A DNA stretch of 59,417 bases from Promethearchaeati archaeon (GCA_013166775.1 JABLTJ010000019.1:1-59417), one strand, 5' to 3'. Shown: positions 20,476 through 31,408, counted from the stretch's first letter. The notes: a model not told the origin generated them from the sequence alone. Made by a program: numbers and translations.

Positions 20476-21852
20476 TCATACTATATCAGATTCGATCTTT
20501 TCTATTGATTCAATGCAGATTTCAATTCCGATTTCAGCTAATTTTCTGGTTATAACCAGAGGAGGAAGGAATCGTAGCACATTATTGTAGTGTCCACCTA
20601 TCTCTATAATCACACCTCTTTGAAACATCTCATCCCGTATTTTTGAACATAGCTCTGGAGATGGTTTCTTAGTTTCTTTGTTTGCAACAATTTCGATTCC
20701 AATCATCAATCCTTTTCCTCTAACTTCACCAACAATTGCTGAATTTCTTTCACATTTTTCCAGTTTCATCATCAAATGATTCCCAAGCTCTTCTGCATAA
20801 TTTGCTAGATTATTCTCTAGCATAAAATCAATAGAAGCAGAACCAGCAGCCATAGCAGTAACATTACCTCTGAAAGTGCCGATATGAGCCGCTTTTGACC
20901 AAACATCTAAATCCTTTCTATAGGCAATAGCTGAAAGAGGGTATCCTCCGCCTAAAGCTTTTGACAATGTAACAATATCTGGTGATGCTCCTGAGTGTTC
21001 AGAAGAGAAGAATTTTCCTGTTCTACAAAATCCTGCCTGAATTTCATCAAAGACTATTGGGATTTCATACATGTTATTTATATCTGTTATTCTTTCGATA
21101 AAACTATTATGAGGAACTATAGTTCCACCTTCACCTTGAATTGGTTCAATTATTGTCATAGCAGGATCAACGACACCGGAATGAGGATCTTCTAAAATAT
21201 GCTCATAGAAATTAGCAGAAGCTTTGGCACATTCTTCTGCTGTTTCGGTTTTGAATGGACACCTGTAAGAATACGCATACGGAACAAAATGAACTTCAGG
21301 TATTAAAGGTAAATAATTTTTTTTCCAAAATTTGCCAGAAGTTAAAGCTAGAGCTCCTGATGACATCCCATGATAAGCACCTTCAAATGCAATTAATCCA
21401 TGTCTTTTTGTTATTATCTTAGACAATTTGATTGCGCTTTCCACTGCATCAGAACCCGTTGGGCCACCAAAAATAATTTTAGAGTTATTCTTTAAATCAC
21501 CAGGAAGAACGCTCTGAATTTTTTCGATAATCTCTAATCGTATTTCTGTGGGAAAATCTAGAGTGTGAGTTATATTCTTCTGAATCTCTATTACTTTTTT
21601 TTCGATATAGGGATTACAATGACCCAGAGCTAAAACACCTGCACCACCGAAAAAATCAATGAAAATATTATCATCAACGTCTTTTATTGTTGCTCCAAAT
21701 CCTTGAGCGAAAGCTATAGGAGAACCTTTGGGATAAGACACAGGTTTACCTTCTAGTTTCTCCTGTTGACTTAAGATTTTCCTTGAATTGGTTCCAGGAA
21801 TTTTACCTTGTATTTTCGGAGCTTCTTCAAAACTTAGTTCCTCAAATTTCAT
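20476..21852 (-). CDS. Class III aminotransferase, diaminobutyrate--2-oxoglutarate transaminase-like
   Basis: HTLDFPT, GPTGSDAVESAIK, EPIQGEGG, DEIQAG, LSKALGGG, HIGTFRGN. Confidence 0.85.
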   Translation of the reverse strand: MKFEELSFEEAPKIQGKIPGTNSRKILSQQEKLEGKPVSYPKGSPIAFAQGFGATIKDVDDNIFIDFFGGAGVLALGHCNPYIEKKVIEIQKNITHTLDFPTEIRLEIIEKIQSVLPGDLKNNSKIIFGGPTGSDAVESAIKLSKIITKRHGLIAFEGAYHGMSSGALALTSGKFWKKNYLPLIPEVHFVPYAYSYRCPFKTETAEECAKASANFYEHILEDPHSGVVDPAMTIIEPIQGEGGTIVPHNSFIERITDINNMYEIPIVFDEIQAGFCRTGKFFSSEHSGASPDIVTLSKALGGGYPLSAIAYRKDLDVWSKAAHIGTFRGNVTAMAAGSASIDFMLENNLANYAEELGNHLMMKLEKCERNSAIVGEVRGKGLMIGIEIVANKETKKPSPELCSKIRDEMFQRGVIIEIGGHYNNVLRFLPPLVITRKLAEIGIEICIESIEKIESDIV

Positions 21853-21908
21853 ATGCGTAATATAAAATTGTTAAGTATTAAAATATTAGTGGAGTTACAT
21901 TACGGAAA

Positions 21909-22922
21909 TTAATGTACTATTCTTGAAAGCTTAGCCCCACATCTTGGACAAGAGTAGGTTTTTGGAGATATTTCCAAATTACAGTTTGGACAAAATTTAA
22001 TTTTCTGAGTATCTACACTTGTTTCACTTCCTAAAGGTTGGAGGAATATTCCTTTTTCTTTGACTTTCCATGTATATAGAAACGCTCCTGAAACTTCCTC
22101 TACTGCATTCTCTGGAAGTGTTATTCTATTCTGATTATCCATAACGAGTAATCTGGAACTGTCAAGATCCATAAGATTAATACCCAAGCCATGTTCTCCG
22201 ATTATTATACCATCATTTATTTCCAAAGATCGATCTGAATATTCAGCTACAATTGGATCATGAGAACAAATCAGATAAGAAGTTCCCATTTCATCTGATA
22301 AATTCTTAAACAACTCAAGAATCTGTGATGATTTTTCTGCATCTAGATTTCCTGTAGGTTCATCTGCAAGTATTAATTGTGGTTCATTTGCTAAAGCTCT
22401 TGCTATTGAAACTCGCTGCAGTTCTCCACCTGACAATCTGTTGGGAGTATGAGTCTTTCTGTGATAAATTTCCAGTTTCTTCATAAGTTCAGTAGACCTC
22501 TCTCTTCTCTCACTTAGAGGAGTAGAATTTAGTTTCATAGGCATTTCTATGTTTTTCTCAGCTGTAAGATGATAGATTAAATTGTGTTCTTGAAAAACAT
22601 AACCAATATTGTTTCTCCTGAATGAATGCATTTGTTCCTCAGGAAGTTTAGTTATGTCTGTACCATCTGGATAGATTATCTTACCTGCAGTCGGTTTTAA
22701 CATTCCCCCAAGTGATAGAAGAAGAGTTGATTTTCCACTTCCACTGGGTCCAATTATTCCTAAGATCTCACCTTTCTTGATATCGAATGATATTCCTTTC
22801 AATGCAACTACTTTGTTTTGGAGCTTCATACCATAAACATGGTATAAATCTATAACTTGGTTGGAAAGATCATCTGGAAGTGGGTGAGGTTTTGCATTAT
22901 TTTTATTCATACTTCTAGCCAT
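21909..22922 (-). CDS. ABC ATPase (LolD/MacB type) with C-terminal AbrB-like segment and zinc ribbon
   Basis: GPSGSGKS, LSGGE, ADEPTGNLD; tail MDNQNRITLP then CPNC...CPRCG. Confidence 0.9.
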   Translation of the reverse strand: MARSMNKNNAKPHPLPDDLSNQVIDLYHVYGMKLQNKVVALKGISFDIKKGEILGIIGPSGSGKSTLLLSLGGMLKPTAGKIIYPDGTDITKLPEEQMHSFRRNNIGYVFQEHNLIYHLTAEKNIEMPMKLNSTPLSERRERSTELMKKLEIYHRKTHTPNRLSGGELQRVSIARALANEPQLILADEPTGNLDAEKSSQILELFKNLSDEMGTSYLICSHDPIVAEYSDRSLEINDGIIIGEHGLGINLMDLDSSRLLVMDNQNRITLPENAVEEVSGAFLYTWKVKEKGIFLQPLGSETSVDTQKIKFCPNCNLEISPKTYSCPRCGAKLSRIVH

Positions 22923-22930
22923 TTGATCAC

Positions 22931-25720
22931 CTAATATGTTCTCATTTCCTCTACTACGTTTATTCTAGATGCTGAAATTGCAGGAATTAAAGTGGCAAGT
23001 ATTATAGCTATGAAAGAACAAATTACCGTTAAGACGAGGGAGATATCAGGTATTTGAAGCTGTCTGTTAAATGTAGCAAGGTCAAATACTTCAAAGAAAC
23101 TGTTGAATTGGTAAGCTGATAAGAAACCTATCACAAATCCAAAAATTGTAGAGAATAATGCTATAGATATAATTTCACACAACACTAATTTTATTATTTG
23201 TTTCTTAGAAGTACCTTCTGCGATTAGAATTGCAAACTCTCTTTTTCTTTTATTTATAATCATAAACATGAATATTGAAATACCAATCAAAATTGAAGAA
23301 ATGGAAATAATATAATCAACAGATAAGAGTCCTGGTATCCCATAGAATCTTCCTTGAGCATCTTCTATTTCTTGAAGTATAGCATCGAATGTATAAACCT
23401 CATTAATCCATTCAAATTCTCTTGCCAATTCCAAATGAATATTGCTGGGGTTTAAGTCAATTCCAGGCTTAAGGTTAACTATTGCACGAATTAAGCGTGT
23501 ATCATTCTTGAAGTTAGCAAAGAGGAATTCAGTATCCACTAACACAGTAACATCACTGGAATATGTAGCTGAATTCTCTATTGCAGGAATATGATCAAAT
23601 ATTACTTCTGCCTCTGCAAAAGCTGTTGGTAAGTAATCTGTTCTACTAGCAAACTGCATTGTGGAATTTTGTGCTAATTCAATTACTTCTTGAGCTTTTC
23701 GATCAGCTGCTATTACTTCAGTCGGGTTATTCTCTAATGCAGATAATCCTGCTTTCCAATCTTTATAATTTACGAGAGAATCTTGATGCCAAATGGCATT
23801 TTCTTTATACTGTGATATATTTGTTCCAAAACAATGAGCTGTAAGATAGTAACTTGTCGTTATAGAGAATTTCAAATTTGCATAATAAATAGGAGTGACT
23901 GATTCTATTTGATCTTCAAAACCTGTAAAATTTGTTTTTGTAAGAGAAAGAGATGAAGTAAAAATTTCTACCTTTAAATCTCCACCTGTCAGATATTCAG
24001 CTTGTCTATCAAGCGATTGATCTCCAGTATATCCTTGTATTGCTGCCAATACACTCAAAGAAATGGAAAGACATAACAGAACCGTTATTTGCGGAAATTG
24101 TTGATTTCTTCTACTAAGACTTCCTTTTATCAACATCCCTATATCTTTGAAAAATCTAATGATGAATCTGTCTAAAATTTCAGGGATTTTTGTTGCTACA
24201 CGACTTGCTATAAAAGCTGCTCCAAACCATAGCAAAATTGGAGACATAAATTGCACTAGGATTACTGAAAAACCAAAAGAAGCTTCAGGATTCATATCTT
24301 GAATGAAGTTTAGAATAACACCAACTAAACCAATTATGAAAATAAAGTAATCTCCATAAATACGTTTGAAAAAACCAGATTTCTTCTTCTCGATGGTAGT
24401 CCCTTCTACAACATCTTGAGCAATGAAATTTTTGGTTTTAATGGTAGCAGTAAGTAAAGAGATACCCATTGAGATTAAAATCGTGCCTAGGATTGAAAAT
24501 GGAGTCACATTTATTGAACGAAACGCTTCACTGAAAGAAGAAAAATCCACTGTCATAAAACGTGAAATAGATAACACAATTGCAGATATTATTGATCCTA
24601 TTAGAATGCCGATTAATGAAGCAATTATACCAATAATTATCACTTCAGTGTAGATCATTTGTTTAATCTGTTTTGGACTTGCTCCTTGCGATTTTAGAGA
24701 AGATACTTCATATTTTCTTTCTTGTAATGATAATTCAGTTCCAGATGTAGATAGAATTAGTGAGAGGAAAATCGCTGGAATGTAAAGAACTGTATCAATA
24801 AGCTGCATAACGATAATCCTCATTTGTTCTCCCCCAAGCAGATTAGAGATTTTATTGTATCCTAAAATCATCCCCTCATTTTGTATCTCAACTCTCTGAA
24901 TCACACTATCTATTTTTTTAATCAACTTCTGTAAATCATTAACAGGTAATTTGGAATAATCCAGTTTAGCATGAATATTATAGAGCTTATATTCAGTTAA
25001 TCTATTCATTAAATCTGAATCCAAATCTTCGTCGGAAAATATCACAGAACTATCATCAAAGAGTTCTGATTGGAATATACCCGTTACTGTTAGGTTTATG
25101 AGGGAATAATAGAAAATTGTGACAGTATAACCATTAGGATGAACAAAAACCCCGCCGATTGTCATATTAAATCTAAGAGATTCATTTATTGAAATTCCCA
25201 TAGTTCGACTTACTTTGTCAGATACTAAACACCCCCCGTTTGAAAAACTATAATCTCCTATAACTAATTTTATCTTCTTAATTATGTCGCCCTCTTGATC
25301 AGCAGAATCAAATATATTAGCTCTAAATTTATCACTCCCTGAGAAATATGTAGTTCCAGCGGTTTCGTTTTCTAGTAAGTTTAAGCTCGTTAGATAAAAC
25401 ATTTCACCTGTTGGATTATCCCCCCCATAGAATGTTGTAGTATCCAAAAACTCTTCATTTGTTATTATCGATTCTTCAAATTCAGAGGGAGTGTTTGTTT
25501 CATTTATTTCTTCATTGGGATAGAAAACTACTTCCGCTTCAATGTCATTGATAATATCTTGAACAGCTATTGTATTTACTAAAGAACCATAAAAGAAAAT
25601 ACTGGAAAATATAGCAGCTCCTAAAAATATACCAGCACCTAAAGATAGATTCCTTTTTTTGTATGAAAGTATAGACTGAAATGCATCTCCAATATATGAA
25701 AAGGGTTTGATCTTCTTCAT
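22931..25720 (-). CDS. FtsX/MacB-like ABC permease (duplicated architecture)
   Basis: ERKYEVSSLKSQGAS and KRKREFAILIAEGTS motifs; two large extracellular domains. Confidence 0.85.
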   Translation of the reverse strand: MKKIKPFSYIGDAFQSILSYKKRNLSLGAGIFLGAAIFSSIFFYGSLVNTIAVQDIINDIEAEVVFYPNEEINETNTPSEFEESIITNEEFLDTTTFYGGDNPTGEMFYLTSLNLLENETAGTTYFSGSDKFRANIFDSADQEGDIIKKIKLVIGDYSFSNGGCLVSDKVSRTMGISINESLRFNMTIGGVFVHPNGYTVTIFYYSLINLTVTGIFQSELFDDSSVIFSDEDLDSDLMNRLTEYKLYNIHAKLDYSKLPVNDLQKLIKKIDSVIQRVEIQNEGMILGYNKISNLLGGEQMRIIVMQLIDTVLYIPAIFLSLILSTSGTELSLQERKYEVSSLKSQGASPKQIKQMIYTEVIIIGIIASLIGILIGSIISAIVLSISRFMTVDFSSFSEAFRSINVTPFSILGTILISMGISLLTATIKTKNFIAQDVVEGTTIEKKKSGFFKRIYGDYFIFIIGLVGVILNFIQDMNPEASFGFSVILVQFMSPILLWFGAAFIASRVATKIPEILDRFIIRFFKDIGMLIKGSLSRRNQQFPQITVLLCLSISLSVLAAIQGYTGDQSLDRQAEYLTGGDLKVEIFTSSLSLTKTNFTGFEDQIESVTPIYYANLKFSITTSYYLTAHCFGTNISQYKENAIWHQDSLVNYKDWKAGLSALENNPTEVIAADRKAQEVIELAQNSTMQFASRTDYLPTAFAEAEVIFDHIPAIENSATYSSDVTVLVDTEFLFANFKNDTRLIRAIVNLKPGIDLNPSNIHLELAREFEWINEVYTFDAILQEIEDAQGRFYGIPGLLSVDYIISISSILIGISIFMFMIINKRKREFAILIAEGTSKKQIIKLVLCEIISIALFSTIFGFVIGFLSAYQFNSFFEVFDLATFNRQLQIPDISLVLTVICSFIAIILATLIPAISASRINVVEEMRTY

Positions 25721-25724
25721 TCAA

Positions 25725-26459
25725 TTACCTCTTTTTAGACGATCTTTTCATAGATTTCTTAGATTTCTCTTCTCTCATTTTTCCCTCTTGAAGAATATAG
25801 ATTCTATCTGTTTCACTAGCAGCATTATGATCATGTGTAACAATAATTACGGTGATACCCATATTATGACTAATATCCTTGAAAAGTTGAATAATTTTCA
25901 TTCCAGTAACAACATCCAAGTTTCCTGTAGGTTCATCAGCGTAGATAATTTTAGGTTCATGAGCTAAAGCCCTTGCAATTGCAACTCTTTGCTGTTCTCC
26001 TCCACTCAATTCTTCTGGTAAATGATCTTTACGAGCGTAAAGGTTAACTGTTTCCAAAAACTCAGTTGCTTTTACATCTGCTTCTTGGTGAGAGATACCT
26101 CTCACAATCATTGGAAGCTTAACATTCTCAAAAGCTGTTAGATAATCGATTAATGCGAAATTCTGGAAAATAATAGCAGAATGTGATCTCCTTAATGTTA
26201 GAAGTTCTTCTGTTGTCAAATCTTTCAATAGAACACCATTAATATTTACTTTACCTGAAGTAATAGTTTCCAATGTGGAAAGAATGTTGACGAGAGTTGA
26301 TTTTCCACTTCCGCTTGGCCCCATGATAGCAACAAATTCCCCTCTCTTTATCTCTAGATTCATACCTGTAAGAACATGGACGCTATCACTACCTTGAACT
26401 TCAAAATTTTTGACTAAATTTTCAGTTTTAATAGCTAATTCTGTTTTGCTTTTGACCAT
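25725..26459 (-). CDS. ABC ATPase (LolD/MacB type)
   Basis: GPSGSGKS, LSGGEQQRVAIARAL, ADEPTGNLD, VTHD. Confidence 0.95.
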   Translation of the reverse strand: MVKSKTELAIKTENLVKNFEVQGSDSVHVLTGMNLEIKRGEFVAIMGPSGSGKSTLVNILSTLETITSGKVNINGVLLKDLTTEELLTLRRSHSAIIFQNFALIDYLTAFENVKLPMIVRGISHQEADVKATEFLETVNLYARKDHLPEELSGGEQQRVAIARALAHEPKIIYADEPTGNLDVVTGMKIIQLFKDISHNMGITVIIVTHDHNAASETDRIYILQEGKMREEKSKKSMKRSSKKR

Positions 26460-26555
26460 CAGATATGAATTGTAATAGGCATTTATATTACTAGCTAAAT
26501 CTAATTAAATCTAATTTGCTTAGCTTTATAAGAATTCAAGGTAAAAAAACTGTGA

Positions 26556-28547
26556 ATGATGAGTGTTAAGAGCAAATTAACTAACAAAATTTGTATGATT
26601 ACAGTTGTTAGTGTTTTTCTATTCTCTTCTTTAATTTCTACTTCTTCTACTGTAATCAGTGACGTTTCTATAGACAATAATTTTCGAATGAATAATTATA
26701 AAAATGTGAAACACGATTTATCCTCTCCAGCCGAACTAGAGGTTTTCTTAGATACTATTATTCCAGAATATTTGGAAGATTATTCAGTAGCAGGTGCAAC
26801 TTTCTCCATGGTGAAAGATGGTTCAGTTTTCCTTGAAAAAGGATATGGGTACGCTGATTCTGTTTCCACTACCCCTATCGTTTCAAATGAAACTATATTT
26901 AGAATTGGATCAATTTCTAAATTATTTACTGCAACAGCAATTATGCAATTAGTGGAAGACGGATTACTTGACTTAGATGTTGATGTCAACAACTATCTCA
27001 CTGCATTTAAGATTCCAGATACATATGATGAACCTATTACATTAAGACATTTACTTACACATACTGCTGGTTTTGAAATTGCAGATATTCAATCTCTTCA
27101 TTCAAGTTCTCAGACAGTTTTACCTTTAGAAGATTTATTAGCAGAACGAATCCCAGATAGAGTACGACCTCCAGGAATTATCTGCTCATATTCGAACTAT
27201 GGGGTTGCATTATTAGGTTACATTATACAAGAAGTTTCAGAAAAAGCTTTTGAACAATATATAGCTGATGAGATATTCATTCCATTAAAGATGAATTCTA
27301 GTACTTTCTTACAACCTCTACCAAGTAACTTAATATCACGTTTGTCTTCTGGGCATAATGAGAATGGTTATCCTGGTTATTTTGAATATGTAAGTGTTTA
27401 TCCTGCAGGAGCAGCAAGTGCTACAGCTTCTGACATGTCAAACTTCATGCTCGCATTTTTGAACAATGGAAGTTATGATGGTAATAGAATTCTTGAAGAA
27501 GAATCTGTAGAAATGATGTTAAGCGATCAATTTCTTCCCAATGAACATCTATGTGGGATGGGATTGGGTTTTTATCAATTTGATCTCTGTGATGAAAGGT
27601 TAGTGGGGCATGGTGGAGATACTTTATTTTTCCACAGTCGTATGATATTAATACCAGAACTTGATATTGGAGTTTTCGCATCTTTTAATAGCATTGGAGG
27701 TTCATTAGCTAGAACATTACTTTTTGATGAGTTCATAGAAGAATATCTCACAAAACCGGAAGTTAATTTAGAACCTGTCCAAGGATATAAAAGAAGAGCG
27801 AAAAGGTTTAATGGGCTATACGTTTCATCTAGAAGAGTATATTCCGATAAAAACTTGATCAAAGAGATGTATTTTATCAAGGAAAGTTTTTCTGTAAAAG
27901 CTAAAAATGGTCATCTCATTGTAAGCAGTATTAATGGACTAGAATTTGTAGAAGTTGAACCAAATTATTTCGTGGAATCTACTGGAGAGTATTATCTTGA
28001 GTTAGCATTTTTTGAGAATGATAGAGGAGAGATAATTCATTTCACAACAAGTTTTATAGGACCTTTCTATGCTTATCAGAAAACGAATCCCATTTATTAT
28101 GGTCCTGAAATAACATCTGGAATTGTAATTGGAATTACTGTAATTATGTTAATATCACTATCATACTGGGGGATAAGATGGATTATAGATCATACCAAAA
28201 AGAAGGATAAAATTCCAAGAATTCAAAGATTACCAAGATGGGGAATCTTAATCAATTTCATCCTAGCATTGATTATAGAAATAATAGCAACTGTAAGGAT
28301 AAATAACGATATTCTACTTGTTATAGAAACAACTAAAACTCTTGGTGGATTGTTAATCTTTCCTTTTCTATTCCTTGTATCTGTAATCTCTCTTATTGTG
28401 TTCGCATGGTTTGCGTGGACAGGAACTAGAAGTCTATTAAAAGACCCTTACTGGAAATTATCAGGAAGAATTCATTATTCAATTCTTGTCATTCTTTCCA
28501 TTGTGATGGTAGGAATATTTGCTTCATGGCAATTCTATATAATATAA
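26556..28547 (+). CDS. Membrane-anchored serine hydrolase, beta-lactamase/class C family
   Basis: SISK (SxxK), LLTHTAG, YSN, HGG; signal peptide; about four C-terminal TM helices. Confidence 0.9.
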   Translation: MMSVKSKLTNKICMITVVSVFLFSSLISTSSTVISDVSIDNNFRMNNYKNVKHDLSSPAELEVFLDTIIPEYLEDYSVAGATFSMVKDGSVFLEKGYGYADSVSTTPIVSNETIFRIGSISKLFTATAIMQLVEDGLLDLDVDVNNYLTAFKIPDTYDEPITLRHLLTHTAGFEIADIQSLHSSSQTVLPLEDLLAERIPDRVRPPGIICSYSNYGVALLGYIIQEVSEKAFEQYIADEIFIPLKMNSSTFLQPLPSNLISRLSSGHNENGYPGYFEYVSVYPAGAASATASDMSNFMLAFLNNGSYDGNRILEEESVEMMLSDQFLPNEHLCGMGLGFYQFDLCDERLVGHGGDTLFFHSRMILIPELDIGVFASFNSIGGSLARTLLFDEFIEEYLTKPEVNLEPVQGYKRRAKRFNGLYVSSRRVYSDKNLIKEMYFIKESFSVKAKNGHLIVSSINGLEFVEVEPNYFVESTGEYYLELAFFENDRGEIIHFTTSFIGPFYAYQKTNPIYYGPEITSGIVIGITVIMLISLSYWGIRWIIDHTKKKDKIPRIQRLPRWGILINFILALIIEIIATVRINNDILLVIETTKTLGGLLIFPFLFLVSVISLIVFAWFAWTGTRSLLKDPYWKLSGRIHYSILVILSIVMVGIFASWQFYII

Positions 28548-28594
28548 GACAAAACAACTAGGAAAAATGTGATTTGAGGGAAGGAGATTTCCCT

Positions 28595-29299
28595 TTAGTT
28601 CTTTTTCAAACTTTCTATTAATTTTAAGGTTTTTTCAGCATTAACAACCAAATCAATCATACTAAGTGTTTGAAGAACAGCTCCAATCTCATCTAAAGAG
28701 AGATTTTCAACCATTTGAACAAACTCTTCAGATTTTTCTTTGAAAAGAATTGATGTGATTGTTTTAGAACTTTGCTTCATCAAGCTTACAAATTTCTCTA
28801 TTTCAGCATTATCAGGTTTTGATGTCTCGAATACTAGACCTAGCAGCTGAGATAAGCTTTCTATACAATTCTGATTATCACAAATTGTTTTATTATAATA
28901 CGAATCAACAAAGAAGAATTTAGCAGTTCTAGCAAATAACTTTTCTGTCATTGATTTCTCCATCGTTACTCGCTTTCCAACAAGTGCAACGAAATCTGCA
29001 TCTATAAGATGTTGGACATATCTATAGAGAGATTTGTCTGAACGTTTTTTCTTATCAACAATTTCTTTGATTTTTTTCTCATCTGTGATGCCTTGTTTCT
29101 TGAGATCTTTCAGAATATATTTTGTAAAATCCTCTTCAATCTCTTTAACAGTTTTGTATCCTTCTCTTAATGACATCAAAATTGGATAGTAGTTAGAATT
29201 ACTCATAATTAGAAGCTTCTCTTCTTCTTTGATCAATACAACAGGTTTTTGTATGAAACTTGGATCTATTATATCTTGGATTTTCATCTTAGACCACAT
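28595..29299 (-). CDS. wHTH transcriptional regulator (ArsR-like)
   Basis: KRSDKSLYRYVQHLIDADFV, GKR, EKLFARTAK; paralog of 37043..37711. Confidence 0.75.
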   Translation of the reverse strand: MWSKMKIQDIIDPSFIQKPVVLIKEEEKLLIMSNSNYYPILMSLREGYKTVKEIEEDFTKYILKDLKKQGITDEKKIKEIVDKKKRSDKSLYRYVQHLIDADFVALVGKRVTMEKSMTEKLFARTAKFFFVDSYYNKTICDNQNCIESLSQLLGLVFETSKPDNAEIEKFVSLMKQSSKTITSILFKEKSEEFVQMVENLSLDEIGAVLQTLSMIDLVVNAEKTLKLIESLKKN

Positions 29300-29350
29300 T
29301 CTTGTTTTTTACTAACTATATTTAAGTATTCCCACACACTAATAAAACAT

Positions 29351-29409
29351 TCTCAGCAGATAAGAAGACTTATAAGTGTTTTTGAGAGCCTTTCTCAACG
29401 GCTGAGAAA
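29351..29409. promoter_or_regulatory. Candidate operator array (TGAGA/TCTCA half-sites) in a divergent promoter
   Basis: TCTCA 29351, TGAGA 29383, TCTCA 29393, TGAGA 29403; perfect inverted repeat TTTCTCA-N5-TGAGAAA next to the TATA-like cttataag. Confidence 0.45.
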
Positions 29410-29432
29410 GCCTAAAGAAAATTCTAGAGTGA

Positions 29433-30332
29433 GTGTTAAAAATGGAATTTAAAACATATGAAGAATCAAGGTTAGAAGACCTTGGAAAATTAGTTAAAGA
29501 TGTAGTAAATGATTGGCCAGTTGATCCCTGGTATCCAACTATGGAGCAACTAAAGGAAGCTTATGATACAAATGAGAACTTCACTCCTGAGACTCGCCAT
29601 TTCTTGTATGATGGAGATAAGCTTGTAGCTTTTCTAAGCAGTGCACTGGAAGATGAAGTTGAAGGAGTGCAATGGGGATCCATTCATATGCCATTTATTA
29701 GAAAAGGATATGAAAAAGTAGAACAGGAATTATTTGATAAAACCATTGAATTGCTAAAATCTAAAGGAGCACAAAAAATTCGTGTAAACGCTAGGCCAGA
29801 ATATGGATATATTCCAGAATTATTGGAAAAATGGGGTTTCGAGAAAAAAGAAGAAACTGGGAAGAGAATCATTCTCTCTGCAAGTAAATTCGCAGATTCA
29901 AAATATACCAAACCTGATTATTTCCATGAGCTTGACCTTAATACTGATGAAGGTTTAGCTAAGTTTAAGAAATTTTATCTCAAAGCAAGAACTGAGGTTA
30001 CTGAGGAAAACTTTGATGAAACAATGAATACTTTCAGAGAGAGAGATTTAACAATTTCTTGTGTTGTAGCGAAAAAGGATGAAATTTTATCATACGGTTT
30101 ACTCTATAAAGCTAACCAACCCAAGAGATCATTCATGTCTTCCATACCTGTTTTCAGTAAGGATCACGAATATATATTGAAAGAAATGGTAGATTTCATG
30201 GCAAATAAAGCAATAAAAGAGGGCTATGAAGAGATTTATCATCAGTTAGTAAATCAAGAGAATGAAGAACTCTATAAAAAGATAGGAATAGAATTTACTC
30301 CATCCTTCAGATATGAACTAGAACTTGAGTAG
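29433..30332 (+). CDS. Tandem GNAT-like hypothetical protein
   Basis: Two ~150-aa halves with GNAT-like endings (LLEKWGF; LYKKIGI). Confidence 0.55.
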   Translation: MLKMEFKTYEESRLEDLGKLVKDVVNDWPVDPWYPTMEQLKEAYDTNENFTPETRHFLYDGDKLVAFLSSALEDEVEGVQWGSIHMPFIRKGYEKVEQELFDKTIELLKSKGAQKIRVNARPEYGYIPELLEKWGFEKKEETGKRIILSASKFADSKYTKPDYFHELDLNTDEGLAKFKKFYLKARTEVTEENFDETMNTFRERDLTISCVVAKKDEILSYGLLYKANQPKRSFMSSIPVFSKDHEYILKEMVDFMANKAIKEGYEEIYHQLVNQENEELYKKIGIEFTPSFRYELELE

Positions 30333-30577
30333 GTAAGAAAGAGTTTTTTTTTTCTTTTTTTCTATATATTTACATCAATTATACAAAAATTGCTCATTAT
30401 ATAATGTTAGATGATAGAGATTAATCTTTAAACACTATGAATACACTATTATACAAATTATATTTTTATCACCTTCTTTTCGTTTTATTTATTACAAGAT
30501 AATCAATAGATTGAATTTTTAAAACAGAACTTCAATCCAAGATAAAATTAATAACTGCTCCAATTCTCAAAAGGAAC

Positions 30578-31408
30578 ATGCAGTATGAAGAAGTCGCAAA
30601 TTCAGTTATTCTAAATAAAGCTAGTTCAGGTTCTAATATTGTTTGTATCGCTTTAAAAGATGAATTAGTATTTGTTGATACAGGATTATTCACAGAAACT
30701 GCAGCAGAATTCAGAAGAGAAATGGAATCAAAATTTAAAAGAAAAACTAGCACTTTGTTAATAACACATGGGCATATTGATCATTTCTTTGCTATGAACG
30801 TCTTTTCCGACTGTAAGATAGTGGCTGCTGCATCAGGAAAACAAAGATTTGAAAGATTCGTAAGTTTGGAATTTACTGAAGAAATTCTCGAAAATTTTAG
30901 TAGAGTTTTTCTAGGTTTTAAGAAGGCAGCACAAACTGCAAAACTACGTATGCCAGATTTATGGATTAAAGATTCCATATTGTTAGGAAATAACAAAGAA
31001 TTAGAGTTTAAAGTAATTGGGGGACATTCCAATTGTTCATCCAGCATTTACTTTTCTCCAGAAAAAATCTTACTGGTTGGAGATTTGATTCAAGCTGATG
31101 TTTATCCTTATTTTGGTGAACCAGACACAGACATGAGCATTTGGATAGATAATTTGAAAGAATGGGAAAGGATGAACATCAATTTCATTCTTCCAGGTCA
31201 TGGAGGAATCTTGGAAAAAAATTATGCTCTTAAAGTAAGGAAATTCTTCGAAATAATAGTTGAAGAACTCAAACAAATGAAACAAAATGGATTGAAGGAA
31301 GAAGATATGATTAAGAAACCAATTTTCGATCAGGGTTACTGGCCAGAAGACGCAATAAGAAAACCAGCATATGATTTCAGTTTAGTTAACTTATTTAGAA
31401 AATCGTAA
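30578..31408 (+). CDS. MBL-fold metallo-hydrolase
   Basis: VDTG, THGHIDH, GGHS, VGD, PGHG. Confidence 0.9.
   Translation: MQYEEVANSVILNKASSGSNIVCIALKDELVFVDTGLFTETAAEFRREMESKFKRKTSTLLITHGHIDHFFAMNVFSDCKIVAAASGKQRFERFVSLEFTEEILENFSRVFLGFKKAAQTAKLRMPDLWIKDSILLGNNKELEFKVIGGHSNCSSSIYFSPEKILLVGDLIQADVYPYFGEPDTDMSIWIDNLKEWERMNINFILPGHGGILEKNYALKVRKFFEIIVEELKQMKQNGLKEEDMIKKPIFDQGYWPEDAIRKPAYDFSLVNLFRKS

Noticed and set aside
26556-28547. Antibiotic-resistance island (beta-lactamases, MBLs, Mef-like MFS)
   Set aside because: Only fold-level similarity; these families are broad hydrolases and transporters, and no mobile element is present.
30343-30362. Long poly-T tract (also the A-rich tract near 7590-7605)
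   Set aside because: Consistent with ordinary archaeal oligo-T terminators after the genes ending at 30332 and 7614.
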